From a bacterium (lineage in GTDB: Bacteria > Arandabacterota > Arandabacteria > Arandabacterales > JALGWA01): DNA of 12,129 nucleotides. Shown here in pieces: positions 1-5,630 of this stretch. Under the pieces are notes generated by a model that saw only the letters and a list, made by a program, of their open reading frames with translations, made no database searches and was not told the origin of the DNA. Positions within the stretch are counted from its first letter, which is position 1. The number at the start of each line of letters is the position of its first letter. The stretch covers positions 1 through 12,129 of the forward strand of contig JASFEA010000094.1 in the NCBI GenBank assembly GCA_050125095.1. The letters run 5' to 3'. Both the position numbers and the translations under genes were made by a program.

Positions 1-471
1 AATACGGACGCCCGGACTCGCCTTTTCCAGGCCGCTCCCGCATTCAAGGTCCAGCCTGTTGCGCATGACGTCGAAACCCTCGCTGACCTTCACCTTGACA
101 AGCGCCGTCTCGCCCGGAACGAGCTGCCGGCTGGCGTAACGCAGGTTGAGCTGCACCATTACCAGAATCACGGGTATGATCATGACCAGCGCCGGGATGA
201 GGGAGAGCTTCATATAGCTCATATTGCTCTTCAGGATCTTGCCCTGCGACGCCAATACGTTGGATATGTCGTGGCTGTAGAGGCGGAGCTCGAGGAAATA
301 GGCGCTTATCCTGGTCTTGACCTCTTTCATCGCCTGCTGGTTCGAGGTAAACCTGAAGAGGAACAGCATCACGCCGCCGGTGAGGACGGATATGAAGATA
401 ATGCCGCCCATCGCGTTCCCGCCCTCGAAGGGCTTAAGAAGCAGCGTGAATATGCCGGTCAGAGCGCCCAA
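1..471 (-). CDS. Membrane protein, 3'-truncated by the window edge; resembles DUF106/EMC3/TMCO1 (Oxa1-superfamily) architecture
   Basis: Not in the ORF track; translated by hand. TTG at 471..469 with GAGGAG at 484..479 (7-nt spacer), open for 157 codons to position 1: MGALTGIFTLLLKPFEGGNAMGGIIFISVLTGGVMLFLFRFTSNQQAMKEVKTRISAYFLELRLYSHDISNVLASQGKILKSNMSYMKLSLIPALVMIIPVILVMVQLNLRYASRQLVPGETALVKVKV... It has two hydrophobic segments flanking an amphipathic helical stretch. The CDS itself is secure; the family call is pattern recognition. Confidence 0.75.
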   Translation of the reverse strand, partial: MGALTGIFTLLLKPFEGGNAMGGIIFISVLTGGVMLFLFRFTSNQQAMKEVKTRISAYFLELRLYSHDISNVLASQGKILKSNMSYMKLSLIPALVMIIPVILVMVQLNLRYASRQLVPGETALVKVKVSEGFDVMRNRLDLECGSGLEKASPGVRI

Positions 472-488
472 TTATGCTCTCCTCAAAC

Positions 489-680
489 CTATGATATGTA
501 TCCCAGGCCCTTGAGCCTTTCCTTGATTTCGTCGTCGTTCTCCGCGCCCTCGAGCTGGGCAAGTTCCTTCTCGATCAGGTGGACTATGAACTCGTCCACC
601 GACGAGTACCCCGCCAGCTCGGCGCATTTCTTGGCCCGTTCATAGAGCCCCTTTTCGAGCTTTATCTTGGGTCCGAACAT
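489..680 (-). CDS. Small (63 aa) ribbon-helix-helix/CopG-like protein with C-terminal RLxxLGY motif
   Basis: ATG at 680 with GGAGG at 693..689, directly after the upstream TGA (696..694); preferred over the track start at 728, which overlaps the upstream gene. MFGPKIKLEKGLYERAKKCAELAGYSSVDEFIVHLIEKEL follows a strand-helix-G-x-S-helix pattern, then an acidic linker and EIKERLKGLGYIS. Confidence 0.75.
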   Translation of the reverse strand: MFGPKIKLEKGLYERAKKCAELAGYSSVDEFIVHLIEKELAQLEGAENDDEIKERLKGLGYIS

Positions 681-693
681 GTAATTCGCCTCC

Positions 694-2661
694 TCACCTC
701 GCGGCCACTTCCCGCGTAAAGAGATCATTGCCGTCCATCTCGGGCAGCTTCTTTATCCCGAACTCGGCCAGGATCGTGGGAGCTATGTCCACCAGCGAGG
801 GGTTGGGGTTGTTGACGCGCCTGTTCGTGAAGAGCACTGCCGGAATCACGTCTTTTGACATCAGATGATCGCCGCTCCACTTCTTCTTATTGTCTGTAAG
901 AAGGTCGCGCGTGATTTTCCCCAGCGAAGTCTCCCAGGACGCCCTGTAGCCGTCGTCATAGCCTATTATGAGATCCGGCGCCTGGTCGGCGAATTCGCCT
1001 GAATAGACGTCACTTGACTTGTAGACCTCGGCGATTACCCGCCTGCCCGTCTCGGGGTCGACCACGGCCTCGAGCTTCTGCTTGAGCTCGTTCATTATAT
1101 GTTCCTTCTCGGCGCCGGGGGCAACCGCTCCCTGACCCTCCCGGCCGATCTGGTTTATATAGAGGCCGTTCAGCCCCAGCCCGTAGGCCTTGGTTCCTTT
1201 CCAGCTCACATTCTCGAAGAACTCGTCGCTTTCCTCGCGGAACGCGTCGCGAAGCTCGATGTAACCGTTCTGATAAAGCCAGGTATTGAGGTGGAAATTT
1301 CTCCTGAACGTCGTGAAACCGTGATCGGACAATACGATCACGGTGGCGTCGCCGCCGACGCGCTCCATGACATGCCCCACGACCGAGTCCATTCTGACGT
1401 AGTAATTCTCTATGACGTCGCCGTATATCTCCGCGAGTTCCGCGTCGTAAAGCGGATGCTCCGGGTCCCGGAATCTCCAGAACATATGCGACAGCGGGTC
1501 CGTCGTCGAGAAGTAGCAGAAAAGCATGCCCCATTCGTAGCGGTCCAGCTCGTACTCCAGCATCTTCTTGGTCTGCTGGAACACGAACTCGGACTGCTCC
1601 AGGTACTCGCTCTCATCCAGCCGGCCCTCGTTAAGCGCCCAGGTCTCTTCGGCGATGCCCTGGGTGTAGAAGGGGCCGATGGCCTCGGCGAGTTCCCTGG
1701 CGTAGCCGGGCGGCGTGGAAATGGGAACGGCCGGGTTCCTCGGATCGACCTGTATGGGGCTCATATAGAGCTCGAAGTCGGGTTTGACCGACTTGAGATA
1801 GAACCTGACGATGCCCTGCGCCGAAGCGAAAGGCATGAGCTTGAACTTGAGCGTTACCCAATCGCTCCACTCGCCCTCGCTTAAGAGGACCTCTTCGTCC
1901 TGCACCACTATCTTGGCCGCGCGGTAGTCGGGATCGAGATAAGCCGTAAACGGGATCTCGGCGTCCGGCCTGTCGGCCAGGAACGTGTTGACGGGGCCCT
2001 TTATCTTGGCTTCGACCTTGTTGTCGAAGCTCGAGACTATGTAGACCCTGCCGCCCGTCATATCCGTTATGACATACGGCTTGGTCGTAAAGAAAGAGAA
2101 GGTCCCGTACGTGCCCAGAATGTCGGGCGTCCCCATCCCCGAGATGCTTCTCGTCTTTTTGCCTGACGGCGGGAAGTTGGACGGGATTCTCAGCATCACC
2201 GTCGGGATGTCATAGTCCTCAAGCACCTCCCAGAAAGCCGTGCCTCCCCTCAGCAGCGAAACCTTGCCGCTGGTAAGAGGGATCACATATTTGCCGAGTT
2301 TTATGGTCTTGTCGGGCTCCTGCGTCACCGTCGTGGAGAGATAAGGCATATAGGTGTCGGGCTCCCGCCCCATGAAATCGTAGATACCATGCGCGCCCGG
2401 GTTGCAGCCCGTTATGACGTTGGACCAGGCCACGGGACTCTGCGGCGGTATGCCCGTCTCGAGCCTGGAGAATGTCCCCTTCTCCGAAAGCCGCTGGAAG
2501 TTGGGCATCCTGCCCTCTTCCAGGAGCTTCTGCGCGATCCTCGGGTCCATGCCGTCGAAACCAAGGACCACGACTTTGGGTTTGTTGCCGTCCTGGGCGA
2601 GACTGCTCAGCCCCGCCGCCAGCAGCCCGGCTGCAATGCAAATGACTATTATCTTCTTCAT
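694..2661 (-). CDS. Alkaline phosphatase superfamily protein (type I phosphodiesterase/nucleotide pyrophosphatase-like) with N-terminal signal peptide; paralog B
   Basis: Motifs VVVLGFDGMD, PPQSPVAWSNVITGCNPGAHGIYDF, DPLSH, SDHGF and WSGDH. Likely start is ATG 2661 (GAGGTGGGAGA upstream), giving MKKIIVICIAAGLLAAGLSSLA-QD, a Sec-type signal; 655 aa. The track start at 2718 is less likely. Confidence 0.9.
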   Translation of the reverse strand: MKKIIVICIAAGLLAAGLSSLAQDGNKPKVVVLGFDGMDPRIAQKLLEEGRMPNFQRLSEKGTFSRLETGIPPQSPVAWSNVITGCNPGAHGIYDFMGREPDTYMPYLSTTVTQEPDKTIKLGKYVIPLTSGKVSLLRGGTAFWEVLEDYDIPTVMLRIPSNFPPSGKKTRSISGMGTPDILGTYGTFSFFTTKPYVITDMTGGRVYIVSSFDNKVEAKIKGPVNTFLADRPDAEIPFTAYLDPDYRAAKIVVQDEEVLLSEGEWSDWVTLKFKLMPFASAQGIVRFYLKSVKPDFELYMSPIQVDPRNPAVPISTPPGYARELAEAIGPFYTQGIAEETWALNEGRLDESEYLEQSEFVFQQTKKMLEYELDRYEWGMLFCYFSTTDPLSHMFWRFRDPEHPLYDAELAEIYGDVIENYYVRMDSVVGHVMERVGGDATVIVLSDHGFTTFRRNFHLNTWLYQNGYIELRDAFREESDEFFENVSWKGTKAYGLGLNGLYINQIGREGQGAVAPGAEKEHIMNELKQKLEAVVDPETGRRVIAEVYKSSDVYSGEFADQAPDLIIGYDDGYRASWETSLGKITRDLLTDNKKKWSGDHLMSKDVIPAVLFTNRRVNNPNPSLVDIAPTILAEFGIKKLPEMDGNDLFTREVAAR

Positions 2662-2760
2662 TCTCCCACCTCTCGTCCGCCTACCCCGAATCCCCGCCCG
2701 GTCCGGGTAGAATAACATTCGGCTGTTGTTTGACCTGTGGTTGTTCTTGTCATACCTGTC

Positions 2761-4866
2761 TTACTCAAGCACAATCCTGCCGTCCACATACGCCGGCGGC
2801 CTGATTCCGAAAAGATCCAGCACCGTAGGCGCTATGTCAATAATGGAGACTTCCTCGGCCGTTACCTTCCTGTTGGATATGAAAGTCGCAGGCACGACAG
2901 TGGGGTCCACGCAGTGATCCCCGCTCCATGCCTTGGTATTGTCGGAGAATACTTCATCCGTGACGATCCCGGTGGCCGCGTCCCAGGACGCCCGGTAACC
3001 GGCACTCGAGCCCATTATGATCTCGGGTCCCTCGGCCGTGTAAGGCCCGGAGTAAACCTCCCGCCCCAGGTAGACGTTCTTTATGGCGACCATGCCGTTC
3101 TCGGGGTCCTTGAGGCCTTCAAGCTTGGCCTTGATCTCCGCGGCCAGCCCGGGCGCCTCATCGCGGGAGACTATGCCGTCGCGCTCTCTTCCCTTGACAT
3201 TGAGGAACACCCCGCCCAGCCCCAGCGCGTATGCTCTGGTGCGGCTCCAGTCGACCCCCTCGAACCACTCGCCGGCCTTCTCCCCGTCTTTCATGAAAAG
3301 ATAGCCCTCTTTCCTGAGCCAGGCGTTCAGGTTGATGCCGCGCCTGAATGACTTGAAGCCGTGGTCGGACATCACGATAAGCGCGGTCCTGTCGGTGACA
3401 TAGGGCATAACCCTGCCCACTATCCTGTCGACGTCCGCGTACAGGTGCTCGAGAGCGTTCTTGTGCTTCTCCGACTCCTTGTCGCGGTTGGCCGGATGGT
3501 CCGGGTCGATATATCTCCACAGCATATGCTGCATGCGGTCGGTGTTGTCGAAGACGCAGACAACCGCGCCCTTTTTCACCTTGTCGAGCTCGTTCATGAG
3601 CATGTCCTCGCGCTCTTTGTTTATAAGGTAGGTCTGCTCGATGAACTGCGTTTCGTCTATGACGCGCTCGTTAAGCGCCCAGGTGTCCTCCGCCAGCCCC
3701 ATGGTGGCATACGGCCCCATGAGCTTGGAAAGGTAAACCGAGTAATGGAAGGGATGCGAAATGGGCATCGCCGGTTTCTCAGGGTCTATGTGTATGGGAG
3801 TCATGTAGAGCTCGGCCTCGGGCTCGACCGACTGCAATATGAACCGGACCACGCCCTGAACGTGAATGCCGAGGCCCGCGTTGAAGTCGAGCGTCACCCA
3901 CCGCGAGTGCTTGCCGAGTTCGAGGTCCACGGTTTCTTTGCCCATGGCCAGCGTACCCGCTTTGCCGGCGGCGCCGTCGCCGTTCCCGCCCGGCGTCAGG
4001 GTGAAGCGGATCTTGAGCGGCGGCTCGCCTTCCAGCATGGCGTTGGGAGGCCCGATTATGTCTCCCGAGAAACCTCCGCCGTTCCGCTCCAGCTTGTAGG
4101 CAAACCCGCCCGTGTGCTGGCCGACGCGCGCGGGGTCGGATGAATAGAATGAGAAGCTCCCCTGCGTTCCCCTCAGGTCGGGCACGCAGAGCGACGAGAT
4201 GAGAACTCCGGTCGAGAACTTCTCGGGCGGGAAAGTAATGGGCACTCTTATTATCGATGAGAAGACCTCGTGCTCCCCGAGTATCGTCCAGAAAGGTTTG
4301 CTTTTCCTGAGCGGCCGGTAGGAGGGCTTCCCGATGGGGAACTTGTATTTGCCCACTCTCAAGAACTTCGTAGGAGGCCGGATCTCCGCCGACGATAGCT
4401 TGGAAAGATAAGACCGGCGCTCGGGCGCCAGGAAGTCGAATATGTTATGCTTGCCCGGATTGACCCCCGTCGAGAAGGACGACCAGGCCACGGGCGATAT
4501 GGGTGGCGTCGTACTTCTCATGGCCTTGAAACTCCCAGCGTCCATGAGCTTTTGGATATTGGGAAGAATGCCCTTCTTGAGGTACTTCTGCAGAAGCACG
4601 GGGTCGAGGCCGTCGAAGCCGAGTATGATGACCTTGTCGACCCTGCCCTCCACGGACTTGCCCCGGCGCCGTATCTTCCTTATCAGGAAGCGGATAGGCC
4701 AGGTCAAGAAGAAGAAAAACGCAAGGAAGAAGGTGGCGAATAATATGAGGAAGGAGGTCATGAAGGCAAAACCGGCCCCGGGTCCTATATAGGCGTACCC
4801 GGCTTCAGGAGCAATCAATATGGCTGCCGATGCCAGGATAAGTATCAGACCGGCTCTAGGCTTCAC
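2761..4866 (-). CDS. Alkaline phosphatase superfamily protein (phosphodiesterase/nucleotide pyrophosphatase-like) with signal peptide, YIGPGAG motif and TM anchor; paralog A
   Basis: Motifs VIILGFDGLD, PPISPVAWSSFSTGVNPGKHNIFDF, DRMQH, SDHGF and WSGDH; colinear with paralog B. Likely start is GTG 4866 (AGGGGG at 4876..4871); 701 aa. The N-terminus has a hydrophobic signal, GYA-YIGPGAG, a Phe-rich TM helix and RKIRRRGK. Confidence 0.9.
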   Translation of the reverse strand: MKPRAGLILILASAAILIAPEAGYAYIGPGAGFAFMTSFLILFATFFLAFFFFLTWPIRFLIRKIRRRGKSVEGRVDKVIILGFDGLDPVLLQKYLKKGILPNIQKLMDAGSFKAMRSTTPPISPVAWSSFSTGVNPGKHNIFDFLAPERRSYLSKLSSAEIRPPTKFLRVGKYKFPIGKPSYRPLRKSKPFWTILGEHEVFSSIIRVPITFPPEKFSTGVLISSLCVPDLRGTQGSFSFYSSDPARVGQHTGGFAYKLERNGGGFSGDIIGPPNAMLEGEPPLKIRFTLTPGGNGDGAAGKAGTLAMGKETVDLELGKHSRWVTLDFNAGLGIHVQGVVRFILQSVEPEAELYMTPIHIDPEKPAMPISHPFHYSVYLSKLMGPYATMGLAEDTWALNERVIDETQFIEQTYLINKEREDMLMNELDKVKKGAVVCVFDNTDRMQHMLWRYIDPDHPANRDKESEKHKNALEHLYADVDRIVGRVMPYVTDRTALIVMSDHGFKSFRRGINLNAWLRKEGYLFMKDGEKAGEWFEGVDWSRTRAYALGLGGVFLNVKGRERDGIVSRDEAPGLAAEIKAKLEGLKDPENGMVAIKNVYLGREVYSGPYTAEGPEIIMGSSAGYRASWDAATGIVTDEVFSDNTKAWSGDHCVDPTVVPATFISNRKVTAEEVSIIDIAPTVLDLFGIRPPAYVDGRIVLE

Positions 4867-4910
4867 CGTTCCCCCTGTCAGAATGCACGTATCCGCAGTC
4901 CACCCCACCA

Positions 4911-4945
4911 GTTATATATACTAATCGGCTCGCCGCTACGCGAGC
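4911..4945 (-). promoter_or_regulatory. Small hairpin followed by an AT-rich -10-like element upstream of paralog A
   Basis: Inverted repeat GCTCGC (4928-4933) / GCGAGC (4940-4945) with a 6-nt loop, then TAGTATATATAAC on the minus strand. No convincing -35. Confidence 0.3.
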
Positions 4946-4967
4946 TTTCGCTGAAATCATGCGGGCC

Positions 4968-5531
4968 CTATCCCGTAAGTCGTTTGAAACTAATCTTTTT
5001 CATCACTGCCCCGGACCCGAGCTCGACGATCCTGGCATCTATTCTGTCGCCGCTGATGTCGAGCACGGCATACGTGGGCGAAAAGCCCCTTTTGTCTTGT
5101 CCTTTTAGATGCCCCGGATTCACCAGAAGCACCCCGTTTTTGACCTCGATTGAGGGTATATGCAGGTGTCCGAACAGGAGCACGTCGATTCTCCGGGACG
5201 CAACCATTTGCTCGGGCCTGGGGTCGCCCGCAATGTCATGGGGATGGGACTCAGGGGTATGGGACAGCATGATTTTATGGCCTTCCACTTCCTCTATGAT
5301 GCGGTTGGGAACGCGGCTTTCGGCATAGAGATCGTGGAACACCCCCGGGACTCTCAGGTAATCGTATTCAAACTCGTCAAATACCCCGGCGTCCTCGTAA
5401 TTGTCCCCGAGATGGAAGAAGAGGTCGATCTTCTCCCTGGATGTGATCTCGCGGACGGCCGCCCTGAGGCCCTCCAGATTGCCGTGCGTATCGCTGACTA
5501 CCGCTATTCTCGTGGTCTTCACCCCCCTCAC
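4968..5531 (-). CDS. Calcineurin-like metallophosphoesterase, YfcE/MJ0936 family
   Basis: Motifs VVSDTHGN, HLGD, LSH, FGHLH and LVNPG at the expected spacing; 187 aa. Start could be GTG 5531 or GTG 5522. Confidence 0.9.
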   Translation of the reverse strand: MRGVKTTRIAVVSDTHGNLEGLRAAVREITSREKIDLFFHLGDNYEDAGVFDEFEYDYLRVPGVFHDLYAESRVPNRIIEEVEGHKIMLSHTPESHPHDIAGDPRPEQMVASRRIDVLLFGHLHIPSIEVKNGVLLVNPGHLKGQDKRGFSPTYAVLDISGDRIDARIVELGSGAVMKKISFKRLTG

Positions 5532-5579
5532 ACTCCGGTGCTACACGCCCGCAGCCCTTTTGTTCCTTGGGTCGGGCCT

Positions 5580-5607
5580 ATGGTAACAGATGCAGGGAGG
5601 GATTCAA
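5580..5607 (-). promoter_or_regulatory. Putative sigma70 promoter for the metallophosphoesterase and possibly the downstream operon
   Basis: Minus strand TTGAAT (5607..5602), 16-nt spacer, TACCAT (5585..5580), with an extended -10 TG (TGT TACCAT); about 50 nt upstream of the start codon. Confidence 0.6.
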
Positions 5608-5630
5608 AATCAATTCATGAGCGCCCGGGC

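Noticed and set aside
694-780. Possible frameshift or readthrough fusing paralog B to the LGY-tailed protein
   Set aside because: The small gene has its own strong RBS and ATG and an independent RHH-like N-terminus; no slippery site is evident.
1627-3684. Exact direct repeats, e.g. CTCGTTAAGCGCCCAGGT at 1627-1644 and 3667-3684 (also GACCAGGCCACGGG at 2423-2436 and 4481-4494)
   Set aside because: They encode conserved paralog motifs (TWALNE, PVAWS). They are not CRISPR repeats, att sites or a mobile-element boundary.
1099-4143. Long plus-strand ORFs 1099..1884 (261 aa) and 3361..4143 (260 aa) of similar size
   Set aside because: Antisense shadows of equivalent parts of the two paralogs. High-GC codon bias suppresses antisense stops, and they carry no recognisable motifs.
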